The notes beneath the pieces are model-generated. The model saw only the letters and a list, made by a program, of their open reading frames with translations. It had not been told where the DNA came from and did no database searches. A stretch of 64,000 nucleotides of DNA from an uncultured Verrucomicrobiae bacterium (GTDB lineage Bacteria; Verrucomicrobiota; Verrucomicrobiia; Limisphaerales; JAFGQR01), in NCBI GenBank assembly GCA_963788655.1, contig CAWBHS010000039.1, forward strand, positions 1-64,000, written 5' to 3'. Below are positions 12,501 through 23,286 of the stretch, in pieces (within the stretch, counting starts at the first letter, position 1; every line of letters begins with the position of its first letter). Position numbers and translations under genes: made by a program.

Positions 12501-15140
12501 GTGCCGGGAGGAACCGTGAACAAACTGATCGTGCAACCCAACGGCCGGATTCTCATTGCCGGCGAATTCTCCTCGGTCAACGGCGTGCCCCGGGAAGCAG
12601 TCGCGCGCTTGTTCGGTGACGTGCGTCCGCCGGTGATCACTCATGAGATGACCAATCAATTCGTGATGGCGGGCGATGACGTCACGCTCGCTGTCACCGT
12701 CACGGGAGCGCCACCGTTCACATTTCAATGGTATAAAGACGGCATTGCGCTGACGGATCACACCAACGCCACCATAACCTTGGCCGTCGCGCGAACCTCC
12801 GATGCAGGGCTTTATCGCGTGGTCGTTTCGAATGCCTTTGGCACCGCCACCAGCGACGACATTATTACCGTGGTCGAAATGCCGAAACATGCGGGTGCGT
12901 TAGATCTCAACTTCAATGTGGCCTTACCTAATCCGGAGGAAATCCTAGCCATTGTTCAAGATGGGTCGGGTCGGTTGGTCATCGGTGGTACGTTTAGGCA
13001 AGTCGGCGGCTTGGCGCGAAATGGCATCGCCCGTCTCAATATCGATGGCACCGTCGATTCGACGTTTGATCCCGGCCTCGGTGGCGACAGCTATGTAAGC
13101 GACATTAAACTGCAGCCTGATGGTCGGATTTTGGCGGTCGGTGAATTCAGTGAATTTGATGGCGTCGCGCGGAATGGCATTGTGCGACTACATCCTGACG
13201 GCAGCTTGGATTCCAGTTTTGATTCCCAGCCCGGTATCGCCGGCAGTGAACGAGTGATCATGACCCTGGAATTGCAACCGGACGGTCGCATCTTGATCGG
13301 CGGTGACTACCTCAGTGTAAATGGAGTCCCCCAGAACGGGGTGGCACGCTTGCGCTCCGATGGCAGCTTGGACCCCACCTTCAACTCCGGAGGTAATCCA
13401 ACGAATGGCCAGACCCGCGTATTCGCCTTGGCTCTGCAGCCGGACGGCAAGGTGCTGGTCGGTGGGAATTTTATCCACTCGCAGACGTTTTCCTCGAACT
13501 CCCTGTTTCGATTGAATTCGGATGGCAGTATCGACGCGTCGTTCAGGTCGGCGTTACCGCTTATCCTAATGGTGAGGGCACTCTGGTTGCAGCCTGATGG
13601 CCGCATTTTCGTGGGCGGCGGCTTAAGGGGCGGTCCTGGTCGCGCCATCCATCGCTTGCTGCCAAACGGGCAACTTGATCCCACTTTTTCGGCCACCTTG
13701 GACGATGACGCCTATGGGGCCGAGGTGTTCACCTTGGTGGGACAGCAAGACGGGAGCATTCTGGTCGGCGGCCAATTCTCCATCGTCAATGGGCAACGGC
13801 AAAACAGTCTGACGCGCTTAAATCCGGATGGCACGACGGACGGCACCTTTGACATTGGTGCCGGATTTGGCGGTGTTGCTGAAGTTTACAAACTGGCGCT
13901 GCAACGAGATGGGAAGATCGTTGTTGGTGGCGATTTTAACTCCTTCAACTGGGTTCCGGTAAACAGCATTGTGCGGTTGCACGGCGGCGCAAACGCCCCC
14001 CAGCCTTACGTTTATCGAAGCATTGCCGGAGCCCAAGTCTCCTTGTGGGCCACTCCGCCGACCAGTACCTGGAGCATACGCGATTGAAGATCATCCCCCC
14101 GTTGGCTGGCCAGTCTTCAACGTGAGTAGTAACGGTGTCTTTGATGCGATAACTGGGAAGGTGAAGTTTGGTCCTTTCTACGACGCGTTACCACGTTCTT
14201 TCAGTTATGAAGTACCGATTCCCCGACGACGTTCAAGGAGTATTTACGTTTTCAGGACAAGCTTCTGCCGATGGCAAGAATAGCCCGATCGCGGGGGCAC
14301 AATACCTCCTCGTGCCGGCCGTTTATCCTGCCGATCAAAATCCATCCGATTGGCTCCTCACTATAAATGAAGTCACGGCTTACGGTGCCGCTTGGTGCCG
14401 CGGAGAAACCTGGCCGCAGCCGCCCAATCCGATCCCGATGGATTACGTCACCCGCGCTGCGTTCCTCTGGCGCGGCGGGGAATGTTACGAACTCGATTTG
14501 TCCACCAACGCGCCACTTTGCTGGGTGAATTGCGAAGTTGGGAATTCGGAAAGCACACCCCTCTTTGAAGCCGGCCACTTGACGGCAGCCAGCATTGTCC
14601 AGCGCCAAGTCGCTCCCACTTACGTGCCCGGAGAACCGTTGACGGTCACGCTCACCGCCTCTCCGGCTCCGTCGGCATCGGCGTATGCTCTCGAAGAATT
14701 GGTGCCGGACGATTGCACGGTTTCTGCGATCAGTCATGATGGTGAATTGGATCCGGTGAATCGTCGGCTAAAATGGGGACCCTTCCTGGACCACGCCGCG
14801 CGTACGGTGAGTTATCGACTCCTGCCGGAATGCTACCGTGGCGAGCGACGTTTCGTTTGCCGGTTCGGCTTCGGTGGACGGTCAAAGCTTCACGACCGCC
14901 GGCGTCGCCCTCGCACGTGAAGCATGCCGACTGTTGCTCAAACCTGACACCTCCACCGGCCACTGGAAATTGCGCGTCAGCGGCCAGAGCGAGGCCCGCT
15001 TCACGGTGTGGAGTTCCCATGACCTTCACACCTGGACGCTCCTCTCGCTGACGGTGACCAACGGTCAATCCGTCCCGTACACTCCATCAACGGGCGGCGC
15101 CTTTCCGCAGACTTTCTTTCAAGTAAGGCCGATGCCATAA
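9540..15140 (+). CDS. Giant surface protein: three delta-60 (DUF5122) beta-propeller blocks, four Ig-like domains, C-terminal duplicated module (frameshifts ~14070, ~14220, ~14835)
   Basis: Many QPDGKILVGG / RLNADGSLDPSF repeats; Ig motifs W(F/Y)xNG..DAGxYxVVVSN; continuing ORFs 13969, 14168, 14838. Confidence 0.85.
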
Positions 15141-15482
15141 GCACTGTTGAAAATCTCACAACCAAACTGAGGATAAGAAAACTGCCAATCAACTGATCGG
15201 CGGGACACTTGGGCCTGGCTGGTTGTCAACGGCCACTTGCCTGCGTGCGCAAACGAACCCACCCGTTACCCTGATCCCCGCCGGTGCGGTCTGGAGTTAT
15301 CTCTTCTGCCCTCGCCAGCTCGCAACCCTGGGCTTTGAGTAAAAATCACTTTGGGATTGTCGTTGGACGAGCCCAATTGCGTAAAAAGTGCAGCGGTGAA
15401 CTCAGCACTCCCCAAAGCTGGCGCGCCATCTCAGCCGCTGTCCGAATTGTGCGGCGCTGCTGTTCTGTCCGCAATGCGGCCA

Positions 15483-16163
15483 TTACTCGTCTGGTTTCCC
15501 GCTCAGGCGTTGTTTGATCTTCGGATCCAGCTCAGGAATGTCGGTGCTCCGCCAACTGATCAGCCACAGGAATTTGTAATAATGAAATCGTGATCCGCCG
15601 GCCAACGAACCCGTCGCATGCACAAAAGCGCGTGACTTCTGATCATAAGCGAACAACGCGATTTTGCTCACGGCATCGGCCTTTTGCGATTTGTAAAGGG
15701 CGATCTCGGGAATCGTAAGTGTGCCCGCCAACGGAACCGGCACCGGGATTTTCGGAATGCCCAGCAGCGTCTCCCGTTTGTCAATGCCCAATCCGCCGCT
15801 GCGCGCTTCCACAATCAAGTCCGCCTCGTTGGGATCTTCAACCAACAAGGCGCCATGCCGGGAAAGCACTTCACGAATCTTGCCCAGCGCGTATTGCTTG
15901 TCGTACGACTCGAAGTAGCGTTCTTGCAGGTAAACGCGTTTCTGGTTCAAGGGCGCCAGCAACACGTTGGTAAACGCTTGATCCACCGCCGTGCTCAACA
16001 ACAACTGTTCCGCTGCCGAACGTTTGGGCACCGTGACATTCAATGAATGGCAACCCGCGGCCAGCACCCCAAGCAGGCTCAATCCGCCGAGTGCAAACAC
16101 GCGCCCCCAGCGCCGGTTTTGAAGTCGGCAAAAGGTAATTATTTTTCTGATGGCGATTTCCAT
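15483..16163 (-). CDS. Lipoprotein (DUF6655/MafA-like)
   Basis: Lipobox LAAGC; RSAAEQLLLSTAVD, ADLIVEARSGGLGID, PEIALYK. Confidence 0.6.
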   Translation of the reverse strand: MEIAIRKIITFCRLQNRRWGRVFALGGLSLLGVLAAGCHSLNVTVPKRSAAEQLLLSTAVDQAFTNVLLAPLNQKRVYLQERYFESYDKQYALGKIREVLSRHGALLVEDPNEADLIVEARSGGLGIDKRETLLGIPKIPVPVPLAGTLTIPEIALYKSQKADAVSKIALFAYDQKSRAFVHATGSLAGGSRFHYYKFLWLISWRSTDIPELDPKIKQRLSGKPDE

Positions 16164-16224
16164 TGATGGAGTCGTTGTCCGCCTGCCCCACGACCACTAC
16201 CTGGCGGGCAGATTCTTTTTCAGA

Positions 16225-16240
16225 AGCCATTTGCATGCCG
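16225..16240 (-). promoter_or_regulatory. Possible sigma-54 promoter
   Basis: CGGCATGCAAATGGCT (GG-N10-GC) upstream of 16163; weak match. Confidence 0.35.
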
Positions 16241-16307
16241 GTGGCGCGAGGGGGCCGATTGTCGGCCACTTTGCAGGGAGGACTGGTTCGCGAACGAACC
16301 GGCCTCC

Positions 16308-16349
16308 AGCAAAATGCAAGCATTACGCCCGTGCGCCGTGCATATTGCA
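16308..16349. promoter_or_regulatory. Paired TGCA-N3-TGCA candidate activator sites
   Basis: AGCAAAATGCA 16308-16318; TGCATATTGCA 16339-16349. Confidence 0.5.
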
Positions 16350-16483
16350 CCCTGCGGTTGGATCGTTCGGCGTGCTGGCCGATGCCACGCAAGGTTCATG
16401 GCGGTGGTCTGGGTCCGGTGACCCAGCGACTTGCCGGCGGTTGCAACCCACATTGCCGCTACCCGCCGCCTCGAGGAATGCCT

Positions 16484-16499
16484 TGGCATAATGAAAGCT
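16484..16499 (+). promoter_or_regulatory. Possible sigma-54 promoter
   Basis: TGGCATAATGAAAGCT (GG-N10-GC) 100 bp upstream of the DUF748 gene. Confidence 0.5.
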
Positions 16500-16598
16500 C
16501 TAACCCGCCTTCATAGGGATCTTGTGGTGGGGCGAGGCCGTGCAACGTCCACTCGGCCTCCTGCAGGTGCCCCGAAAAGTGAGTGAGCAACACCACGA

Positions 16599-17811
16599 AT
16601 GAAAGCACGGTTTCCGAATATGCCGCCGAACCGAACGGACTCTGACGGCCCACCCGCGCGCACCGAGGCTCCCGCCCACCGGGGCCGGAAACGCCGGCGT
16701 TGGCGGCGCATCGGCCTCGTTTTGCTCGGACTGGCCCTACTGGCCGGCATTGGACGAGTTCTGTTGCCGGGAGCGGTCCGCAAGGTACGTGAACCGGATT
16801 CTGGATCTCAGCCCGCTCTACGCCGGCAGCATTGGCCAGGTGCAGTTTCACCTGTGGCGCGGCGCTTATTCCATCCAGGACGTGCGCATCAGCAAAACGA
16901 CGGGCATGGTGCCGGTGCCATTTTTCCAAGCCCGGCGGATTGACTTTGCGATTCAATGGAACGCCGTGTTGCATGGCCGGGTCGTCGGCCAGGTGCTGAT
17001 GGAGCAGCCCCAAATCAACTTCACCGATGCGCCCGATCAAAACGAAACCCAGACCGGTACCGGCGGAGCGTGGCTGCACATCATCAGCGATTTGTTTCCC
17101 TTTAAAATTAACCATGCAGTGATCCGGCAAGGCGCCGTTCATTTTCACGTTTTTCAGGCGGAAACGCCGGTGGACGTTTATCTCTCGCAGCTCGAGGCGT
17201 CCGTGAACAATCTGGGGAATATCCGTGATGAAACCACGCCGCTCGTGGCCTCGGTCCAAGCCAAAGGACTGGTCATGGACCAGGCCAATTTCGCCTTCAA
17301 GATGACCCTGGACCCGTTTAGCTATCGCCCCACCTTCCATCTCGCCACCCGCCTCCTGGGTTTGGATGTGCGCAAGATCAATGACCTGGCCCTGGCTTAT
17401 GGCAACTTTGATTTTCAAAATGGCTGGTTTGATTTTGTCCTGGAAATGGATGCCAAGGAAGGGCTCGTGACTGGCTATGCCAAACCCCTGTTTCGTGATA
17501 TTCAAGTATTCAGTCTGCGTCAGGACCTGGCCGGCAATCCTCTAAATGCCCTGTGGCAGGCGCTCCTTGGCGCGACCACTCAGGTGCTTGAAAATCCTTC
17601 CCGCGACCAGTTTGGCACGCTCATTCCGTTTACCGGCGATTTGAGCGGAGTCACCACTGCGGACCTGTTGGCCACGGTGGCCAACCTGTTGCGCAATGCG
17701 TTTGTGCGGGCTTACCTGCCCCGGCTCGAACGGGGCTCCCAGTCCATCGATGGCCTGGAGTTTGAACCACCGCAAATGATTGAGTCTCTCACCGTGGGGG
17801 ACACCTATTGA
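16599..17811 (+). CDS. DUF748 (AsmA-like) protein (frameshift ~16785)
   Basis: N-terminal TM helix; LWRGAYSIQDVRI, AYGNFDFQNGWF, GYAKPLF, LRNAFVRAYLP. Confidence 0.8.
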
Positions 17812-17876
17812 ACCATGACATGCGCAATCAATTCTGTCCGTCATTCTCACCGGCGGCACCACAGCGCAGGCTCGTT

Positions 17877-18542
17877 ATGAAAGAAACGCAAATCATCACC
17901 CCGATTCGGCAGGGAAAAGTCAACCGCCTTATCCCCGCCGTTCTTTTGGCCGCGCTGCTCGGCTTGACCGCTGGCTGCGGCGCCGGCCGGCTGGGAAAGA
18001 AGCAGGAGTTCTTTACCTCGGGCAGCCGCGATGCCGACCAGCGTGCCAGCCAGGAGATGGCCAAGCACGAACAGCTCGCGCAGGCCGGCGACGAAAACGG
18101 AGACGCGCCCGGGCATGCCGAAGGCAAACGCACGTTGTTCGACCGGCTCGGCGGCACCGCCGGTATCGAGGCCCTGGTGGCTGATTTCACGCGGCGGGTG
18201 ATCGCGGATCCACGAGTCAATTGGCAGCGCCAAGGCATCACCCAGGGCGGCCTGTTCCGTGCCAGCCGATCCGTCGCGTGGGATCCCTCGCCGGCAAACG
18301 TCGCCACGCTCAAGCAACATCTCGTTCAGTTTCTCTCCCTGGCGACCGGCGGCCCGAGTGATTATGACGGTGAAAACATCAAATCGAGCCACGCCAAAAT
18401 GAGCATCACCAACGCCGAGTTCAATGCTACAGTGGGCGATCTGAAAGTGACGTTGGACCGGCTCAAAGTTGCGGATCGCGAGCAAAAAGAATTGTTGGCG
18501 ATTGTCGAAAGCACGCGCTCCCAGATTGTCACGGAACGCTGA
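17877..18542 (+). CDS. Group I truncated hemoglobin with lipoprotein N-terminus
   Basis: LTAGC lipobox; TLFDRLGG..GIEALVADF, QFLSLATGGPSDYDG, SHAKMSITNAEF. Confidence 0.85.
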   Translation: MKETQIITPIRQGKVNRLIPAVLLAALLGLTAGCGAGRLGKKQEFFTSGSRDADQRASQEMAKHEQLAQAGDENGDAPGHAEGKRTLFDRLGGTAGIEALVADFTRRVIADPRVNWQRQGITQGGLFRASRSVAWDPSPANVATLKQHLVQFLSLATGGPSDYDGENIKSSHAKMSITNAEFNATVGDLKVTLDRLKVADREQKELLAIVESTRSQIVTER

Positions 18543-18550
18543 GGGTTGCC

Positions 18551-18697
18551 CACTGACTACTGACTACTGATCACTGACTACTGATTACTGATTACTGATT
18601 ACTGATTACTGATTACTGATTACTGATTACTGATTACTGATTACTGATTACTGATTACTGATTACTGATTACTGATTACTGATCACTGATTACTGAT
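18551..18697. repeat. 21 x heptamer tandem repeat YACTGAY
   Basis: (T/C)ACTGA(T/C) x21 counted; lies between convergent genes and overlaps the SDR stop. Confidence 0.95.
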
Positions 18698-19735
18698 TCC
18701 TGCCCCCAAAGTGCCGTTTACGGCCGCAACGGCGAGCACCGCAACCACCGCCACTCCGCACGCCCACAGCCAGGGACGTTTTTTGGTCATCCACAGTTGG
18801 CGGCTGGCACTGTGGGAACGGCCGTCAAAAGGCCCGTGCGCCCCGGCATCCCCCGGCAACGGTTCAAACAAATTGTTGGGCCGGTGCGGATCTTCCGGTT
18901 GATGCTGGAGTTGCTGGCTGTCGAAAGCAGTGCGGGCCAGATAATGATCCAATCCGTGCGGCGCTAGTTTGTTGGCCACGATGGCTTTCACGGTCGAGCC
19001 GCCCACATAAATTTCACTGCGGCGATGAGTGGCCGCGAACACAATGGCATCCGCCGCCACTTCGGGTTGATAGATCGGCGGCACTGGTTGGGCCTTATGG
19101 GGCAAATGACTTTTGCCCCACGAAAACTGCGGGGTGTTTAAAGCGGGCATCTGCACCATGCACAATCGCACCCGGCTCTTTTCATGCAGCAGTTCACACC
19201 GCAACGAATCGTTGAAGCCCTGGATCGCGTGCTTGGCGGCACAATACGCCGACTGCAGCGGAATGCCGCGATACGCCAACGCCGATCCGACCTGGATAAT
19301 GGTGCCGTGGTTGCGCGGCCGCATTCGGCGCAGCGCGGCCAGGGTTCCCCACACGTAACCGAGATAGGTGACTTCAGTCACCCGCCGGAATTCCGCGGGG
19401 GACATGTCCACCACCGGCGAGAAGACGGCCACCATGGCGTTGTTGACCCATACGGTCACGGGACCGAAGGCTGCTTCCACGGCGGCGGCCGCGGCTTCCA
19501 CTTGTTGTTCGTCGGCCACATCCGTGATGCACACGAGCGCGCGACCGCCCAATTCTTCGACTTCGCGGCGCGCCGTTTCGAGTCCTTCCAGCCCCCGCGC
19601 CAAAAGGCCAATGGAAGCGCCGCGCTGGGCAAAGGCACGCGCAGTGGCGCGTCCCACCCCCGCGGAAGCGCCGGTGATGATGACGACTTCAGCGGCGGCT
19701 TTTTGGCGTTTGGGGGATGGCCACTGCAGTGCCAT
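18683..19735 (-). CDS. SDR family oxidoreductase
   Basis: TGASAGVG, WVNNA, YCAAK, PALNTPQF. Confidence 0.9.
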   Translation of the reverse strand: MALQWPSPKRQKAAAEVVIITGASAGVGRATARAFAQRGASIGLLARGLEGLETARREVEELGGRALVCITDVADEQQVEAAAAAVEAAFGPVTVWVNNAMVAVFSPVVDMSPAEFRRVTEVTYLGYVWGTLAALRRMRPRNHGTIIQVGSALAYRGIPLQSAYCAAKHAIQGFNDSLRCELLHEKSRVRLCMVQMPALNTPQFSWGKSHLPHKAQPVPPIYQPEVAADAIVFAATHRRSEIYVGGSTVKAIVANKLAPHGLDHYLARTAFDSQQLQHQPEDPHRPNNLFEPLPGDAGAHGPFDGRSHSASRQLWMTKKRPWLWACGVAVVAVLAVAAVNGTLGAGISNQ

Positions 19736-19742
19736 GGAACGG

Positions 19743-19889
19743 CTAATCGGTTTTATCCTGAATCGTTTCGCCTGCGTTCTCCATGTCCTTGCCAAAACCA
19801 TGGGCGGTGTGTTTGCAACTGACTCCGACCAAGGTCAACAGACCACCGAGTACGCACAAGAGGATCCAGCGATGGATTAAACGATTCAT
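19743..19889 (-). CDS. Entericidin A/B-like small lipoprotein (48 aa, absent from ORF track)
   Basis: Manual translation MNRLIHRWILLCVLGGLLTLVGVSCKHTAHGFGKDMENAGETIQDKTD*. Confidence 0.8.
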   Translation of the reverse strand: MNRLIHRWILLCVLGGLLTLVGVSCKHTAHGFGKDMENAGETIQDKTD

Positions 19890-20043
19890 AACGGTTGAGT
19901 TCATGGTTGATGTCGGATGGAGCGCGGGCTTATGCCCGCTTCACCGCGAACCGGCACGCCCAGCGTTGAGTCGATGAGCTCAGGTTGAATCGGTGAAGCG
20001 ACATACCAGCCGCGCTCCAAATAATAATGACGCGAATTGGCTC

Positions 20044-20235
20044 TTAAGCTGACGCCCGTTCCAGCGCCTTTTCGACCGCTTCCCGGCTCTGGCCGGTGCG
20101 TTTTTGAATGCGGCCTACCAGTTCCTCTTCCTGACCTTCCACGTATTGAAGATCTTCGTCGGTTAAGTCAGCCCATTGTTGTTTGAGCTTGCCTTTCGCC
20201 ACATTCCAATTGCCTTTTAATTCCAGTTTATTCAT
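20044..20235 (-). CDS. csbD: CsbD family stress protein
   Basis: KGNWNVAKGKLKQQWADLTDEDL..EELVGRIQKRTG. Confidence 0.9.
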   Translation of the reverse strand: MNKLELKGNWNVAKGKLKQQWADLTDEDLQYVEGQEEELVGRIQKRTGQSREAVEKALERASA

Positions 20236-20320
20236 AACGTCGTTTGAGTTGGGTTTGCCGTTGGTTGTTAAGTGTGGATGCGCATCTCGTTCTCCGAAGT
20301 GCGCCCGTCTCGCCTTCAAG

Positions 20321-20336
20321 TGCAAATCTAATGCCA
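20321..20336 (-). promoter_or_regulatory. Sigma-54 promoter of csbD-entericidin-SDR
   Basis: TGGCATTAGATTTGCA, close to consensus TGGCAC-N5-TTGCA. Confidence 0.7.
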
Positions 20337-20413
20337 CGTCCTGATGCGACGGGAAACTGCGATTTACTCTTTGATTTTGCCCTGCAACACCAGGTGTCGG
20401 TCCCATGAGGCCG

Positions 20414-20444
20414 TGCAAAACGCAGGCGGCATTTGCAGGTTGCA
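20414..20444. promoter_or_regulatory. Paired TGCA-N3-TGCA candidate activator sites
   Basis: TGCAAAACGCA 20414-20424; TGCAGGTTGCA 20434-20444. Confidence 0.5.
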
Positions 20445-20654
20445 ACAGATGGAACGTAGTTCAATGCGGCGGAGAATTTGAACCGGGACGGGCCATGCAC
20501 TACCGCGACACTTCTGCAAAAAAAGCGCGCGTCCTTCAGGCCGCTACCTAGCTCCAAGTCGCCAGCGGCTTGATTTATAGTGCGGTGAAGCGGCGTAAAC
20601 GCCGCGCTCCAACCACGTTTTGCCGTCAGTGTCGCGGTAGTGCCAGGGGACATC

Positions 20655-21995
20655 TCAAAGGGCAAATCGTTTCCGTTTGCGGTACAACGTCACGGAATCA
20701 ATGCCGAGAATCTGCGACGCTTTAGCGAGGGTTTCGGCCCGATGGATCACTTGCCGGATGTGTTCGTTCTCCACCTCTTGCAAGGGAAAATCACCGCCCA
20801 ACTGAACATGTGAGTGGGTCGCTCCGTTGGTGTGTTTCAGTTTCTCGGGCAAATCGGCCAACTGGATCTGGTCGCCTTCGGACAAAATCACCGCGCGTTC
20901 CACCACATTGCGCAATTCGCGGAGGTTGCCCGGCCAGTCATACCGTTCCAGCGCCGCTTCGACTTCGGGGGAGAAACCGCGCATCGGCCGGCCGCATTGC
21001 CGGGCGCAAAACTTCAAATAGCCGGTGGCGATCTTCTGCAAATCCGCGCGGCGTTCGCGCAATGCCGGAATGCGCAGCGGCATCACGTTCACGCGATAGT
21101 ACAAGTCTTCGCGGAACTGTCCGGCTTTGACGGCCTGTTCCAAATCGCGGTTGGTGGCGACGATGACGCGCACATTGGCGCGGCGGAGTTTGGATTCGCC
21201 CACCCGCTCGTACTCTTTTTCCTGGAGCAAACGCAGCAGCTTGGGTTGGATCTCCGGCGGCAAATCTCCGATCTCATCGAGGAACAGCGTGCCGCCTTCG
21301 GCCGCGGCCACCTTGCCCCACGTCTCGCCCACCGCGCCCGTGAACGATCCCTTGCAATGCCCGAAGAGCGTGCTTTCCAGCAGTTCCCGCGACAAGCTGG
21401 GGCAGGCGACCGTGACGAAACGGTTCTCGCGTTGCGGACTATTCTCATGCAGATAGCGCGCCAGCACACTTTTGCCGGTGCCGCTCTCCCCGAGCAACAA
21501 CACCGTCACGGGCGTGGCCGCTGCTTTGCCGGCCATGTCGAAGACTTTCTGCATCCGCGGTTCCATGGTGGTCAGGTCTGCTTCCGGGACATGCGACAAC
21601 AGATGCGATTCCAGGTCGGCCATGCGGCCGCGCATGCGCCGGTCCTTGTTGAGTTTGCTGAACACCTGCCGAATCTGGCCGGAGGTAAAAGGTTTGGGCA
21701 AATAGTCCGCCGCCCCCGAACGCATTGCTTCCACCGCCCGTTCGAACGAAGCAAAGGCGGTAAAGATCACGACGTCCAAACCGGGATTGCGGGTCTGCAG
21801 CGACCGCATCAAATCGAGGTCGCTGGTGCCGTCGAGTTTCACGTCCACGAGGGCGACATCAAACTGCAATTTGTCGAGCTGCTGCAAGGCCGCGGGCGCA
21901 TCGGCCACGGCCACCACTTCATGGCCCATATCTTTGAGCAAGGTGGCGGTCGTTCGGCGGATGTTATCTGCTTCATCAATGATCAAGATTCGCAT
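20655..21995 (-). CDS. Sigma-54-dependent response regulator (NtrC/AlgB-like)
   Basis: REC domain, GESGTGKS, GSFTGA, LFLDEIG, FREDLYYR, WPGNLRELRN, C-terminal HTH. Confidence 0.95.
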   Translation of the reverse strand: MRILIIDEADNIRRTTATLLKDMGHEVVAVADAPAALQQLDKLQFDVALVDVKLDGTSDLDLMRSLQTRNPGLDVVIFTAFASFERAVEAMRSGAADYLPKPFTSGQIRQVFSKLNKDRRMRGRMADLESHLLSHVPEADLTTMEPRMQKVFDMAGKAAATPVTVLLLGESGTGKSVLARYLHENSPQRENRFVTVACPSLSRELLESTLFGHCKGSFTGAVGETWGKVAAAEGGTLFLDEIGDLPPEIQPKLLRLLQEKEYERVGESKLRRANVRVIVATNRDLEQAVKAGQFREDLYYRVNVMPLRIPALRERRADLQKIATGYLKFCARQCGRPMRGFSPEVEAALERYDWPGNLRELRNVVERAVILSEGDQIQLADLPEKLKHTNGATHSHVQLGGDFPLQEVENEHIRQVIHRAETLAKASQILGIDSVTLYRKRKRFAL

Positions 21996-22031
21996 AAAAC
22001 CATTGGCGGTTGGCTGGATGGGATCGCGGGG

Positions 22032-22520
22032 TCACCGGTGCGACGATGGAAAGTGATACGAACGCAGCCAGTCGCGCAGGCAGTGGATCATCTGAACCAA
22101 CGCTTCGTACTGGCCCGGTTTGGTCAAATAAAAGTTGGCGCCCAATTGATAAGCCCGATCCGCATCGGCGCTACTGTTGGAACTGGTCAGCACCACCACA
22201 ATCAGGGAGTGGAAGGCGGTTTGGGATCGTAACCAACTCAGCACCTCGAAGCCATTCCGATGCGGCATGTTCAAATCGAGCAATGCGACATCCGGAAGAG
22301 GATGCCGGCTTCGATCCGCATAGCTTCCAATTCCGCCCAGATAATTCTGCGCCGCTTGTCCATCGGGCACAACGTGCAACGGATTGATCACGCCCGCGGT
22401 TTTGAACGCCCGCTTCACCAAGAAGACCTCGTTTTTGCTGTCCTCAGCCAAAAGAAAGACCTTCTGATCAAAATGCGTCGTGGTTGGCTGGGTGAGCTCG
22501 GGGAGGGATGAAGTAGTCAT
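22032..22520 (-). CDS. Single-domain response regulator
   Basis: LLAED, LLDLNMP..NGFEVL, LTSS, GANFYLTKP. Confidence 0.9.
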   Translation of the reverse strand: MTTSSLPELTQPTTTHFDQKVFLLAEDSKNEVFLVKRAFKTAGVINPLHVVPDGQAAQNYLGGIGSYADRSRHPLPDVALLDLNMPHRNGFEVLSWLRSQTAFHSLIVVVLTSSNSSADADRAYQLGANFYLTKPGQYEALVQMIHCLRDWLRSYHFPSSHR

Positions 22521-23162
22521 AATGTGCTGGGCACTGCGGTCCGAGGCATGATCGATTCGCTAGGACAAATCAAACCCGGTCCCGAGTCCCCAAACGGTGA
22601 AACAACAGGGCGTCCGCTTTCGTTTTTTCGTTCTTTCAATGGTTAAATCTTTCACGACTGGCAAATTCGGCGAGTCGTATGCTTTATTTTCTTCATTGGT
22701 AATTTAGATCGACACACCGAACCCACAATCGGGCAAACGGCTGAATTTCAGTTAGCAAAAGCCCTACTAGGCGAATGGTGCTGAGCGCAGATTGCGCCTT
22801 GCCATGAAACCAAACCATCCGGGGAAAAAAGTCAAAGTCACGGGCCGGATGCTGCAGCCCGGGCGCTGCAAGCTGTCGAGGTACAGAGAATTGAACGTGC
22901 CCGGGCGCCCACTTAAAACCACGCCCGAGCACAAACAGAAATAAACCGTCCACCGTTTTTCAGCCCGCAACCGGAGAAGGCCATCGCCATGAAGGCCTTC
23001 TCTCTTTTGCGTTTTCTGAATCGCAAAATGAACGGTGAATCCCAACGGGATTCCGTTGCAGACGCTTCGCGATCTCGATGGCGCCTCCGACCGGGGGTTG
23101 CGCGCCGGGCCGGCGCGCGGTCCGTTGGTAAGAGCAGCCCCTGTGGAGCGGCGCTCCCCCCC

Positions 23163-23204
23163 AAAAAAGGACGGCCGGCGGACTGCCTCAAATCCGCCGG
23201 CCGT
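23163..23204 (-). terminator. Rho-independent terminator of the OMP gene
   Basis: Stem ACGGCCGGCGGA/TCCGCCGGCCGT followed by a T6 run on the minus strand. Confidence 0.7.
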
Positions 23205-23286
23205 TGCTTACATGCGTAATCACTGACTGCTCAAATTCTCCGCTCTCGATCACCCGATGGCTCGTGATCCGCGAGCGTCGTGTTCT

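Noticed and set aside
18551..18697. CRISPR array
   Set aside because: Contiguous 7-mers with no spacers; no cas genes in the window.
20814..22232. 472-aa plus-strand ORF (and similar long antisense ORFs at 5004-6326, 16459-17505, 51535-52626, 53582-55123)
   Set aside because: Shadow or alternate frames of well-supported genes in GC-rich DNA; no motifs.
22530..23150. Small ORFs between the response regulator and the OMP terminator
   Set aside because: Overlapping short ORFs on both strands with no motif; no frame can be chosen.
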